From: Octopus bimaculoides
Taxonomy: Eukaryota
DNA: 47,914 nt
Reading direction: 5' to 3'
NCBI RefSeq assembly: GCF_001194135.2
Contig: NC_068985.1
Location: forward strand, 86,217,193 to 86,265,106
Shown: positions 10,530 through 22,960 of the stretch, in pieces
Position numbering within the stretch: position 1 is the first letter of the stretch
Layout of the letters: every line of letters starts with the position of its first letter
Position numbers and translations under genes: made by a program
Notes under the pieces: model-generated
What the model saw: the letters and a program-made list of their open reading frames with translations, nothing else
Databases searched by the model: none
What the model was told of the DNA's origin: nothing

Positions 10530-11960
10530 GTAATGGGTGAACGTCAAGAACCTTTATTATGTCTCTCCCCCAAAGATATTCTCTGCAAACATGACAAACA
10601 CCATAATTTAATCACTTCTGGCCTACTTCTCCCTTCAGATATTAGGGTCCACATTTCCAACACACTGCAGATACCAGTACAACTCGTCTTTTTAAAGGTT
10701 ATGAACCCCTTACTTTGAAGATATGTAAGTGAGTAGTTACAATATTGGATTCATGATTGTGAGGTTATGTTTTCAATTCTCTGACCAGGTATCATGCTGT
10801 GTTCTAGAGTAGAATGCATCATTTCACATTGCTTCTGTCCAGATGGCTGTAAATGTGTACTAACAACAGCTGAGATTGAACCCTGCAATGAACTGGTTAC
10901 TCTTCAAGGATTGGTGGAGGAGTATTGTACCTCTGGTTGCTTATTTGTTATGAAGACCAAGATAATTTCTGGTCTGAGAACTCTTCATATTCATCACAGA
11001 ACTAAAAGCCAACTGGTGTTGTACAGCCGCCAAGAAGCACAAACTCAAAGACATTTTCCAAACCAATGCCATCCACTCACCATGTTTATTTGCCATGTAA
11101 CAGCACCTTGACCTTTCATATCAAGTATTTTCATTTCCAATTTTTACTTCATCTAAATGTTTATGAAATATTTTCAATTTGTCAAAAATCAAGCGAATTG
11201 GAGAGGTCCTCAGTGAATGCTGGATTTCAGAATTTTATCTAAGTTTTGGAGTTCTCATTACAAATTCCAGGATGATGTTGAAGAGGGTGGTGGATAGCAG
11301 GCAACCTTGCCTCACAACCCATGCACACTTCAAACCAATTCATTGACAGATCATCCATTATCACGGCACAGATATGCATTTATTGTATAGTGCTTCTATT
11401 ATTTCCACTATCTTAGGATCTACACCTATTACTGACATCATCCATTGGGTTTTCCAGCAGAATGTATTGAAGGCAGCATTAAGGATGATGAAGCTGAAGT
11501 GTAATGCTATTTTGCTTTTCCAATTATCTGTCCGTCTATAAAAATGACATAAACCATGCTTCTATGAACTCTGAAACCAAATCGACTCTCTCCCATTGTT
11601 TCTTCATTCCATTCCATTCTGTCAAGGAGAATTTCACTGAACACTTTTCCTGTATTTATGAGAGAGATTGCCCTGTAGTTTTTAGATTTTTGCTTGTCAG
11701 CCTTAATATATACAGATATATATTACAGCTACAAGCATACGACTTCAGCCTTTAGAGTTTCCTATTTTTCTATTTTCCATTCTATGTTGAATATTCAATG
11801 TAACATATTCCACCATTTGTTCTATTTCTAGTATTTCAACACCGATGGCATCTATAACGAGGAACATTTTCATCAATCTAGAAAAATTTTCTTTCTTTGT
11901 TATTTCTGCCCAAAAATCCACATTAGATGGATCATCAGGGATTCTTGATACAACTCCCAG
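10530..11960 (-). mobile_element. Decayed RTE-clade LINE (reverse transcriptase domain and C-terminal region), frameshifted and interrupted
   Basis: Minus-strand peptides in correct RT order: DAIGVEILE; KADKQKSKNYRAISLINTGKVFSEILLDRM; ESRFGFR; FIILNAAFNTFCW; GVDPKIVEIIEALYNK; VRQGCLLSTTLFNIILEFVMR; later LENVFEFVLLG and LEMWTLISEGRSRPEVIKLWCLSCLQRISLGERHN. Multiple stops and frameshifts. Confidence 0.85.
10715..10960 (+). mobile_element. Probable degenerate SINE inserted into the RTE fossil
   Basis: Breaks RTE collinearity; contains a head-like GTGAGTAGTT...GGTTATGTTTTCAATTC segment. Confidence 0.4.
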
Positions 11961-12194
11961 ATTGTGTGGGAAGAAGTTAGAATTAAGTTGTTATTAAAAA
12001 TTATCTTTCTACCATTGAAGTACCTCAGTTGTGGGTTTGTAACTGTTACTGACTTTATCGTTTATCACATTCTATGTTTTCCTGCTCTCTCCCTGTCTCT
12101 GTACCTTACACACACACACACACATACATACATATCATACATATATATATATTTATGAAATGCATATATGTATTTCGACATGTATATATATAAT

Positions 12195-12197
12195 CTC

Positions 12198-12268
<71 letters not shown>

Positions 12269-12282
12269 TATATATATATATA
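12195..12282. repeat. (TA)n microsatellite, about 40 units
   Basis: Direct reading. Confidence 0.98.
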
Positions 12283-14444
12283 AGAGGTATTGGTAACCAG
12301 AAAACCGAAGGTGGCAGGAAATGCTATGTAAGTGCTATTGAAGGATGATAGTTAAACTCTTGGTTCGATAATAATATGAGTGAGGAGTCTAATGCAGGTC
12401 TTGTATGAGCATGTGATTTTATAATAAAATGAGACAACAAAGCCAAGGCTGTGTGAAATTTTCAGGGCATTTATGAAGAGAAAGTTAGTCTTACAACTGT
12501 TTCTGCATTTTATTTAACATCTGTGTGTGTGTGTGTGTATATGCATATACATTACACACATATATATATATATATATATATCCACACACACACACATATA
12601 TATACATTTATATATATAGATACATATAGCCATATCAACAGACACGCATGAACACACACACATATACATATATANNNNNNNNNNNNNNNNNNNNNNNNNN
12701 NNNNNNNNNNNNNNNNNNNNNNNNNNNNNNNNNNNNNNNNNNNNNNNNNNNNNNNNNNNNNNNNNNNNNNNNNNNNNNNNNNNNNNNNNNNNNNNNNNNN
12801 NNNNNNNNNNNNNNNNNNNNNNNNNNNNNNNNNNNNNNNNNNNNNNNNNNNNNNNNNNNNNNNNNNNNNNNNNNNNNNNNNNNNNNNNNNNNNNNNNNNN
12901 NNNNNNNNNNNNNNNNNNNNNNNNNNNNNNNNNNNNNNNNNNNNNNNNNNNNNNNNNNNNNNNNNNNNNNNNNNNNNNNNNNNNNNNNNNNNNNNNNNNN
13001 NNNNNNNNNNNNNNNNNNNNNNNNNNNNNNNNNNNNNNNNNNNNNNNNNNNNNNNNNNNNNNNNNNNNNNNNNNNNNNNNNNNNNNNNNNNNNNNNNNNN
13101 NNNNNNNNNNNNNNNNNNNNNNNNNNNNNNNNNNNNNNNNNNNNNNNNNNNNNNNNNNNNNNNNNNNNNNNNNNNNNNNNNNNNNNNNNNNNNNNNNNNN
13201 NNNNNNNNNNNNNNNNNNNNNNNNNNNNNNNNNNNNNNNNNNNNNNNNNNNNNNNNNNNNNNNNNNNNNNNNNNNNNNNNNNNNNNNNNNNNNNNNNNNN
13301 NNNNNNNNNNAAAAAAAAAAAAAAGAAAGAAGGACAGCATAGATTATTGGTGTTTTGAAATGTAAATCTTTACAGTATTGTAAACCCACCCTTCTCATCA
13401 GGAGGTCACATGGTGTAGAAAGGGGTTAGATAAGCTTAAATATTAAATTATCATTGGAGCATGCATTACTTCACAACTGAGTTTCCTGTCTCTGTTGCTC
13501 CTATTACTGCTGTTATCCACTCAACTAAGAGCCAGGAATTGTGCTCATGTTCACTGAGGTGGACCAACCAATACAAGTCGAGCATTGTGTTTTCTTCAGG
13601 GTCAAGAGTTATAGCATGATTTGCATGTGTGCACACGCACACATGTGTGTGTGTTGGTGTATGTATATAAACATGTATATGTAATCTGTGTATATATTTG
13701 TGTATCTATGTATACACACACACACACACACACACAACAGCTATCAGTCTGTCTATCATTCTATCTATATGCACATTGCATATCATCACTACATTCAAGC
13801 CAGTGGTATTGAAATGCTGATTTTTTTTTTTCCAAAGTAGTGGGAAATGCTTCTATACATACGTGTGTGTGTATAAATTTTAATCCATAATATATGGATC
13901 CAACTGAATTATCTATGCATATTTTATTAAGTTGCAAAACAAGTGCTGTTATATAAGAATTTCTAATGGTCAAATAAATTTTATCAGACTCTATTTCTCT
14001 TGTTATTTATAGATATATACACATATATAGATAAGTGAAAACAATTTCCCCTGTTTGCTAGTCTTCATCCATTAATATTGTTCTCTCTCCCACCTCGCCT
14101 GAACCATCGAATTTATCTTCCCCTCAGGCATTGTGCCTGTCTCTTTCTCTACCCCACTTCTACAGCCAACCCAAACACATCATCTCCCTTCTTCTCCTGC
14201 TGCCACCATCCCTCATACTTCCTCAAACTCATGCCCCCTTCAACCCTTCCTAAGCTTTACAGATGTTACCTGCCTCCCACCCTCTCAGTTCCTGTATCTC
14301 TTCCCCACCATACACTTCTGCCAACCCACTCACACTTCTACCTGAGATGCCATTTGGACACACCATCACCATTATCTCACATTTTGGAGATGCCACCAGT
14401 TTATTTTCACCCTCTCCCCTAAATGTGAACAACAGGAACCTGCT

Positions 14445-14729
14445 CTACCTTGACCAACTAACATATGGATGCAGCAGACCCTTTCCTCAGGTTTATAGAC
14501 TTGGGAGCTGCATGGGGATCTCAATAGTGCCAGTGGCATGAAAAAAAAAAGATAATATACACTATGCAGAGGTTGGCATTTTGAAGGGCACCCAGCTGTG
14601 AAAATCATACAAAAGCTGACATTGGGGGAAGAGGAAGTCCTTGGTCACATTGGCTCCTTTCAAACCATCCAACCAATGCCAACATGGATCATGGATGTGA
14701 AAATGATGATGATGATGATGATGATGATG
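14445..14729 (+). mobile_element. SINE family C variant with (GAT)n tail
   Basis: GGTTGGCATTTTGAAGGGCACCCAGCTGTGAAAATC...CAAACCATCCAACCAATGCCAACATGG...ATGATGATGATG. Confidence 0.75.
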
Positions 14730-14839
14730 TATGTTCTGATATGTACCTTTGTCTCTACTCATGTTTTATTTTTACATCAGTTTAAAAAGCCAATGTTGTT
14801 GTTAATACTGTGTTCATTTAGGTCCCAAAGCTTGGTGGT

Positions 14840-14990
14840 TCAATAAATAGCGATTGATAAATTAATTGCTGGATAGAAATACCAACTGGGAGTGATATGA
14901 TTGGTTAAACCTTTGAAGGAGGTACCCCAGCATGACCCCCAAGCTTATGAATGAAGCTAGTAAAAGAACAGACAGGCCCACCAAAGACAC
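14840..14990 (+). mobile_element. SINE family A/B 3' module, degenerate
   Basis: GGTACCCCAGCATGACC...AATGAAGCTAGTAAAAG resembles the reverse complement of 2708-2760. Confidence 0.45.
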
Positions 14991-15428
14991 AGACCGACAG
15001 ACACACAGACCTGCAGGCACGCAGCCTTCTGCACATAAAATTAAATACAGAAACATTGATTCCTTTTATTATGTCTGCTTTTACTCAGGCTGAGCAAGAA
15101 ATAACTTCTTATCTACAATTTATTAATTCATATGCTTTATGGTGTGTTACCAAATTTCCCTCACATACTAACTGACAATTTTACATCAGTAAAGGATATA
15201 TATTAGGAATATTGATTGATATATAAACAGTCAGACTAAGTGAGAGAGAGAGAGAGAGAGAGGGGGGGGGGAGATTCTGGTGGCAGCATGGTGCAATGAG
15301 ACAGATTTAAAGTCTTCAACTTTTAGCTGTTGAACCCATGTGTGCTCTTTAAAATTTTTATAACCTCAAATTTGTTTCAGAAAATGTCTAGAAATTTATG
15401 CACTTATATATTATAAACATATTTTATT

Positions 15429-15461
<33 letters not shown>

Positions 15462-16375
15462 TATAATTATTACAGGTATATTATTTATATATAATATATT
15501 ACATATATGTGTATTATTTATCTATGTAATACATTATATATACGTATTATATGCATATTATTTATATATAATACTTTACATGTATGTATGTGTGTGTTTG
15601 TGTATACATACATACATACATACATACATATAGACAGACAGGCAGATAGAGAGATAGATAGATAGATATCATCATTGATAATACCTAGAAGGTGCTTCTT
15701 TTCCACTCACCAAAATGAATGGGGCTTTGGCCAGGAGGAACTGATGCCATTGGATGGTATCCAATGATAGTTCAGCAGAGGTGGTCAAATCACAGCTTGT
15801 CATCTCCTCTTGGATTCCAGCTTAACTCTTCTCTCTTGCTCCATAACCAGTTCTTTCTTCTCTCTCTCTCTCTCTCTCCCCTCCTCTACAGTCACTCTTC
15901 CCTTCTTTTCACTTGTTCCAATGGCTGTCTGCTTCCCCCATACTAACCCTGCAGCTGGTCTTAACCTGAAAAGGCCATGACTGCCATCCTTTCTATCTGC
16001 AATCATAGGCCTGACCACACCCTTTTTTCCTCCAAGACAGTAGGCTTAATCAGGATTACTTTCCTTGTGTTTTATATATTCAGTGGAGGAATGGAATATT
16101 CACCATTCTACAAATTTGCCACAGAAGCCATTTAAAGATTTCCAAAGAATATTGATGATATTTGCTTTGTGTTTTTTTTGTCAGTGAATCATTTACAAAT
16201 TTGAATACATATCTAAGTGAACCATTATTGTCTAATAACAGCTGATATATTGATGCAAAAAGGTCATTGGAATTTTTTTTAACTAGTTTATAGATTTGGT
16301 TGTTAAGGAACTTGAAAGCATTATTCAGATGAAATATATTTGTCTATTAAACAAGGATTTATTAACAGAAAATTG

Positions 16376-16413
<38 letters not shown>

Positions 16414-16559
16414 NNNNNNNNNNNNNNNNNNNNNNNNNNNNNNNNNNNNNNNNNNNNNNNNNNNNNNNNNNNNNNNNNNNNNNNNNNNNNNNNNNNNNNN
16501 NNNNNNNNNNNNNNNNNNNNNNNNNNNNNNNNNNNNNNNNNNNNNNNNNNNNNNNNNNN

Positions 16560-16591
<32 letters not shown>

Positions 16592-17464
16592 GTTATCTAT
16601 TTTATAACTATGTAAATTAGTGTAATCCATTATGTTTTCATTGTTGTGCAATGTTGTGTGCACTTGATTTGATAAATTTTGTTTACCAATTCTGCTAATA
16701 ATTTAAGAAAATAATTCACTGCCTTTGTAGGCATCAGTTGTGTCAATTCTTGAAGGTCTTCCATTTTCTCTTTTGATATCGAAGGCAGTTGGGAATACTT
16801 TGTTTGCGGTGTATGCTAGGCTAGGTTCAATGAAATGGTGCTACAAGTTTTTTTGGCTTCCTTGTGGCCTGACAGGATGGCTTGTGCCAAGGGTTATATG
16901 ATATGCAGTGGATAGGATGCAGCCTTCTTTGTATTTAAAAGCAAATATTAACTTTCTTGCATCAGTGAATTTAGTAGTTGATGATTTCCTCCACAAAATG
17001 CATAATTTCAGGACATCAAAATAAAGAAAATCACATTATTTTGTTTCTACAGATGGAAAGTGCTGAGAAACTGCAGGAGTTATTGCTAAAATGTAACCCT
17101 CTCTACCCATCCCTCATCTGTTTATTACTGACCTTCCAACTTAAATTCCAATATTAAAGTGTATAAATTGCTTTTTTTTTTTTTTTGCATCGATAAAGAA
17201 AAGGTTTCAAATATAACTTGAAGATGAAAAAAAGCAATTTTTGAAATTTTGCAGAATATTCTCTTCCTTCACACATTGTAACAATTTTTATTACACCCCC
17301 CCAACACACACATAAATATGCATACATATGTATTAGATATATTGTATATTTATCTACATACACATTACATGTATGATAATACACATGCATATACACATAT
17401 AGCAACCAAAGAATGGAGATTCTGGTATTGCATAGTTATTCCTTGGTTACAACTGTTTCAACAA

Positions 17465-17622
17465 CATGGATGTAATAAACCCTTTCCTCAGGTTTATAGA
17501 CTTGGGAGCTACATGAGGATCTCAATAGTGGTTGACATTCTGAAGGGCATCCAGCTGTGAAAATCATACAAAAGCTGACATTGGGGGACGAGGAAGTCCT
17601 TGGTCACATTGGATCCTTTCAA
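17465..17622 (+). mobile_element. SINE family C variant, about 90% identical to 14465-14660
   Basis: Shares CCCTTTCCTCAGGTTTATAGACTTGGGAGCT...CAGCTGTGAAAATCATACAAAAGCTGACATTGGGGGA.GAGGAAGTCCTTGGTCACATTGG. Confidence 0.8.
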
Positions 17623-17759
17623 TAATTTAGTAAGTTGGAAAACATGGATATGAGCCATGATTACATAATGTTGCCATGTATAGTGAAAACCCAGTCGTTT
17701 CCTCATGAACTGGAACAAAATAATACAAGAACAACTTGGATGATTTCACCAACATATAT

Positions 17760-18090
17760 TTTTTATTTGTTTCAGTCATTAGACTGCGGCCATGCTGGGG
17801 CATATATCAATATATCAAAGTACTTAGTCTTTTTTAAAGCCTGATACTTATTTTATTAGGGTCATTTGCCAAACCACTAACTCATAGTGATGTAAACAAA
17901 CTAACACTAGGTCTCAAACACAGGTACAAACACAAAGATACACACACATATATAATGTATGTATGTATGTATGTATTACAGTGGGCTTCTTTCAGTTTCC
18001 ATTTACCATATCCACTCATCCAAGGCACCAGATAGTAGGACTGAACCCAAAACCATGTGGCTGGAAAGCAAGCTTCTTACCTCACAGCCA
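17760..18090 (-). mobile_element. SINE family A/B, near full-length copy
   Basis: GTTTCAGTCATTAGACTGCGGCCATGCTGG at 17769 and the head reverse complement (GGACTGAACCCAAAACCATGTGG...CTTCTTACCTCACAGCC) at 18037-18090. Confidence 0.75.
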
Positions 18091-18456
18091 TTCCTACACT
18101 TATATTTATCATTAATTTATTTTTGTTTATATTTCTTTGAAACTTTTCAGTGTCACAACAGATGTTTCACTTTCCACTCCTAAAATAGTCAAATATATTT
18201 GATAAACATATTTTTTTACACATGTCCACTCCTCCTTCTCTCTCTCACATCCAGCTTTATAAGAGACAGAGCCAAAATGTCTCTAAATTCAGGCAGAAAT
18301 CAATGTCTCTAATTGATTTCTTTTAACATTCAAACTCCTCATTGTGATTGACTGAGTTGTTCTGTAGATTCTGAGTCAGGAATGCTAAAAGGTGGTAACA
18401 CCACTTTGACTCACAGGTTCAATATCAGCTTGAGTCACACCAAACCGTTCCTTTGA

Positions 18457-18720
18457 TCATCATCATCATCATCATCATCATCACTATTAGAGGTGGTATC
18501 ATCTTACTTCTGTTTTCCTATACTGACAGGAGTTAGAGGAGTGTCTTCCATTGCATATTGCTCCTTAGTACTGTCCATGTCATTTCCATCATCAAGTTCA
18601 TCAAGTTCTCAGATGTTCCCTCACTCTTTCATTCCATGTTTCCCTCTTTCACACATTCCCTCCAATCAGATTGCTTCTTGAAGATTACACATTCAAGATC
18701 GTTGATATGAATGTGCTCCA
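18457..18720 (-). mobile_element. RTE LINE extreme 3' end remnant with (GAT)n tail
   Basis: Minus frame ...KRETWNERVREHLR... resembles the RTE C-terminal (G)RP.KTW.E.V..DL motif; (CAT)n at 18457-18482. Confidence 0.4.
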
Positions 18721-19224
18721 GTTAGCCTGACTTTTTCAGAAAATACTATACATCAATGAAGTCATCAATGCTGGCCCAATGACTTATTAAAAGTCGTGGA
18801 ATTTGATAAAATTCAAAAAAATCTGAGGCATCATAGGGGACAAGTTAATGTGGAGGAATTGAGAGTTGTATCTTCAGATCTTCGTAAGGGTTATGTTACA
18901 TTTAATCAATGCTTTTAACTCTGCTCATTAATTAATTAGAGATGAATGTTTCTAATTACAATTACAATCCTAATTAGAAATATTTACACAATGAAGAACA
19001 TTTTACTTCAATGACTGATATCATTTTCATTATTTTGGAGAGTAAGGGAAACAACTGTAGGTAGTTTTCAGTCTTATTAAACCTCCTCAGTAAATCCTAG
19101 CTTTCATCTTACTAAAGTAGTGACAAAGGAATCATAATTATTAGAATGCTTGTGAAATTAACATGCAAGAGGTTGAGCCCTTCACAGACATGTGTACCCT
19201 TAACAAAGTTCTCAGGGAGATTCA

Positions 19225-19400
19225 GTGTTACACAGAATGTGACAAGGCTGACCCCTTTGAAATACAGGTACAACTCATTGGTGCCTGCTGAGTGGACTGA
19301 AACAACATGAAATAAAGTGTCTTGCTCAAGGACACAATGCACTGCTGGAAATCAAACTCATGACTTATGATCATAAGCTGAATTACCCTAATCACGAAAA
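19225..19400 (-). mobile_element. tRNA-derived SINE with CORE-like domain (family E)
   Basis: CTGAGTGGACTGAAACAACATGAAATAAAGTGTCTTGCTCAAGGACACAATG...AATCAAACTCATGAC resembles the CORE motif TTGCCCAAGGTCACA; homologous to 38030-38275. Confidence 0.6.
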
Positions 19401-19410
19401 CACACACACA

Positions 19411-19444
<34 letters not shown>

Positions 19445-20224
19445 AACACATACACGCAAAGAATCACCATAAAGAACTTGAGCAGTACTTTTGTAAGTTT
19501 AGTGCTATATAGGATTAAATTAATCTGTGAAAAGGACAAGTTAAAGAATTTATTACATTTTATAAAACAGATTTATTCTTGAGATTGTTAATTATCAACA
19601 CACCCACCACCCTCCCTTATACTTAACATTTCACCATCATTAAATATACACACTGTGGTGTAATTCTAAATTCCTAGAAATATGGTTTGTGGCTGTTTTT
19701 CCCATTTATAGCCTGAATAACATTAGCTAACCCACAAATCATATATACAACGAAATTTAGTTGAACAAATAGTAGTTTTTAAATGTTCCCATAAAATAAA
19801 GTTAAGGTAATAATTAAATTTTTCAAAAATTAATAAACAATTTTTTGATTGATGACGGTAAAATAGATGCATCAGGCTTTTAAATATTCTGTACAAATTA
19901 ATTCTATCGTATATAGAAGTATAGTTATAAAAATTTAAAAATTTAAAAATTTAAAATTCCACTAGGACTTTCTAACGACCTGTATAATGCTGGATCGATA
20001 ATTTTGTTAGAAATATCTAAGGTTTATCATTATAACATTTCAATATTCATGATGAAATTAATGTACAATAAACAGAAATATTGATTTCTAGCAGTCAATT
20101 ATATGAAGCCCAGTATCTGACTGGCATTTTATCTTATCAACCCTTGAAGGATGAAAGGTAAAATCTGAAGTCAGAATGTAACCAGACCGGACTAAAAGAC
20201 AGATTCTTTTTTAACATTTGTAAA

Positions 20225-20430
20225 AGGCTAGAAATTTCAAGAGGAATAACAGTTACTTATGGTAACTGACTAGTACTTTATTTTAGCCACCCTTGGACTA
20301 ATTGTACTTTATCTTATTGACCCCTGAAAGGCAGCATTTGCCTTGACATGATTTGAACTAGGAATATAAGTGACCATAAGTAAATATTGTGAAACGTTTT
20401 AGCATCTTGCTAAAGAATCTGCCAATTCTG
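20225..20430 (-). mobile_element. MetaSINE-like element (family D), degenerate; a second partial copy at 20100-20200
   Basis: TACTTTATCTTATTGACCCCTGAAAGG...ATTTGAACT is the reverse complement of the family D core seen intact at 46060-46130. Confidence 0.6.
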
Positions 20431-20469
20431 GAACAGTAACAAGCCAGTAAGGAAACCTTTACATTGGCA

Positions 20470-20670
20470 CATGGCCTACTAGAAATAACAGCTGAATTCT
20501 GTCAGGTCAAACTTTTCAGTCTTTAAAAAAAGGAAGAACATATTGGTTAAATAAAATAAAATCAAGGAATATATTGAATAAATAAAATCAAAGACCATTT
20601 TGTATTAAAAAACAGAATGGTCTTTGATCATAGGATAGGCTGACCTTGGGTTAAACAACAATACTAACAA
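20470..20670 (+). mobile_element. Interspersed repeat family F
   Basis: CTAGAAATAACAGC...GATCATAGG...GCTGACCTTGGGTTAAACAACA; multiple homologues in the window. Confidence 0.6.
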
Positions 20671-21140
20671 AGAACAACATTTTATCAGGGAAGAGGAAAT
20701 GGTAGGAATTCACAGTTATATATGTAACTCTCATCTCCAGGTTCAATTTTCCCCTGCACAAAAATAAAACTTGAAGAATTTCATAAAATTGTTCATACTA
20801 TCATTATTGATATTATCATTGTCAACACCATTATCTTTGTATCCCTAAGGCTTTGTCCACTACAACTGGAACTGCTGCCATACACAAGAATAAATAGAAA
20901 TTGGTGATTCTGGTTGACTGGATGAACACAGTGAAAGAATCCAGTGAATTGGACTGACAAGTTTTGCAGGTTTGTTCACTTGTCTCTTGACATAACTTCT
21001 CAGGCAGAATGAGACGATCACAGAGAGATGGTTTACCAATGCTTAACATATCTCAGATATTTACAGTTCCAGGAATCAATACTATTAACTATACACATCC
21101 CTACAGATTTGAAGCTGTGTCTTGTCAAAAGAAATCCTTA

Positions 21141-21142
<2 letters not shown>

Positions 21143-21198
<56 letters not shown>

Positions 21199-21225
21199 TA
21201 ATAATAATAATAATGATAATAATGA
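21143..21225. repeat. (AAT)n microsatellite
   Basis: Direct reading; explains the poly-Asn and poly-Leu ORFs. Confidence 0.98.
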
Positions 21226-21865
21226 TGATGCCTTCGGGTTTATGCTCATATCACTTTTTTGCTCTATGAAGTCCATGCTTGTTGCAAAGTGTCCAATGGA
21301 CAATCCTTGTTATGCTGTCATGCTGTCTCTTATATTCTTTTATTATTATTGCCTTTGCACAGCTTCTAATGCTGGAGATGTACTACGGTGCCAGCTGTTC
21401 ACTACCAGTGAATAGTAATTGGTGCATTTGGAAGCATCAGCACTCAGCTACCAATATGGTAGAAAAAGTTCAGTGAAAGTGTGAAGGTAGAACACCTACA
21501 AAAATCAGCATTGCTTGGAACTCCAAGAATTCTTTGCAGGATTCTTGAAGCATGACCAGTAAACAAGTGTCGCCTTAGTCTGCTGGCTGTGGACAGCTGA
21601 CACTTTCCACCTTATCCAGCAAAATAAGCTGTGAATTTTCATATAACAACAATAATAATAGACTTTTAACATTGGTATTATGATCACAAATTTTTCTGGG
21701 GGTACTCCTCATTAAAACTATCCCCAGTATTTGACTAGCTTTTTATTGATTCTAGAAGCAAAGCTTGGAGTCAGAATATAATGGATATAGTTGTACAGTG
21801 TGGTTGATTTTGTCCAATGTTCCACCAGTTCTGTTATTTGCTCCCTGATAGTAATTACCAACTGG

Positions 21866-21935
21866 AATAACAACAACAACAACAACAACAACAATAATAA
21901 TAATAATAATAATGATAATACTAATAATAATGATG

Positions 21936-22005
<70 letters not shown>
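21866..22005. repeat. (AAC)n-(AAT)n compound microsatellite
   Basis: Direct reading. Confidence 0.98.
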
Positions 22006-22006
<1 letters not shown>

Positions 22007-22554
22007 GCTATTTGCATGGGATGATTACAATAATCAAAATCCTTAAGATGACTGAGCAACTATTTGAGAATCCTCAAGAATGGAATGTTAAAGAACTCCA
22101 TTAAATGGAGGTAAAAAAAAAATCTCTGCTGCCAAGAAAACTAGGCATGAGAAAATAAGCTGAATGCAAAAATATGGAAGCAATTAAGAAGAGTACAGCT
22201 GTAGTCACACATGACCCCAATATCATTAATTAAAAGGAAATTAACTAAAAAAAATAAAAAAAAGGTAAATAGAGTATAAAATCAGGGAACAACTCACAGA
22301 CCACTAAATACAATATCAAAATACAGATTTTTCATTGGCTGCATATAAAAATAATTATGAAAAGTTGTGAACAGATGCTTGCCAGAAAACTGCCAGGATT
22401 GTAGGAAACATATTTCATACTGTTTACAAAACTGGTGAAAATAACAAAAGAAAAAAATAATAAAATGGAAAATGAAAAAGCCATCTCCCAGGTGTAAAGG
22501 AGAAGTGAAAAACCTTTGGAAGAAATGATAATGTATTTGTCTGTGTATATATAT

Positions 22555-22790
22555 GAATCATCATTATCACAGTTTTAATGCCTATTTTTCCATGCTTTGT
22601 TGGGGTGGACAGAGTTTTATTGAGGCAGCTCTTATCTGGTTGGATATCCTTGTTGGCAACCACATTTGTTTCCAAACAAAGTAATATTTCCTCATAACCA
22701 GACATGTTTTCCATGGAAATCTGGAAATGACTGACACTGCTTCTATGACAGGGACATTCATTTACAACTATCAAGCTACGTCAAGACAAA
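22555..22790 (-). mobile_element. SINE with RTE-like tail (family C variant)
   Basis: Homologous to 7625-7900 in the same orientation. Confidence 0.55.
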
Positions 22791-22859
22791 GCAACATAAA
22801 CACCGACATATATACATTTTTAAATGTGCACAAACAACAAACTCCTTTCTGTTTCCAAA

Positions 22860-22960
22860 TCCACAAACAACGAGGCTTTGGTCGATCCAAGGCTATAGTA
22901 GAAGTCAAGGTGCCATGCAGTGGAATGGAACCTAAAACCATATAAAAGTAAGCTTCTGAA
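22860..22960 (-). mobile_element. SINE family A head
   Basis: GGCTTTGGTCGATCCAAGGCTATAGTAGAAG..AAGGTGCCATGCAGTGGAATGGAACCTAAAACC. Confidence 0.7.

Noticed and set aside
15089-15175. Acceptor plus AEQEITSYLQFINSYALW as an exon (similar candidates at 16084, 23017, 26990, 43292, and minus 32556-32592 and 25765-25799)
   Set aside because: Only one good splice signal each or stops before a donor; such matches are expected by chance in AT-rich DNA, and the peptides are unrecognised.
21122-22059. Poly-Asn and poly-Leu ORFs (also poly-His/Met at 14562-14846 and 41576-41938)
   Set aside because: Translations of (AAT)n and (GAT)n microsatellites or SINE tails.
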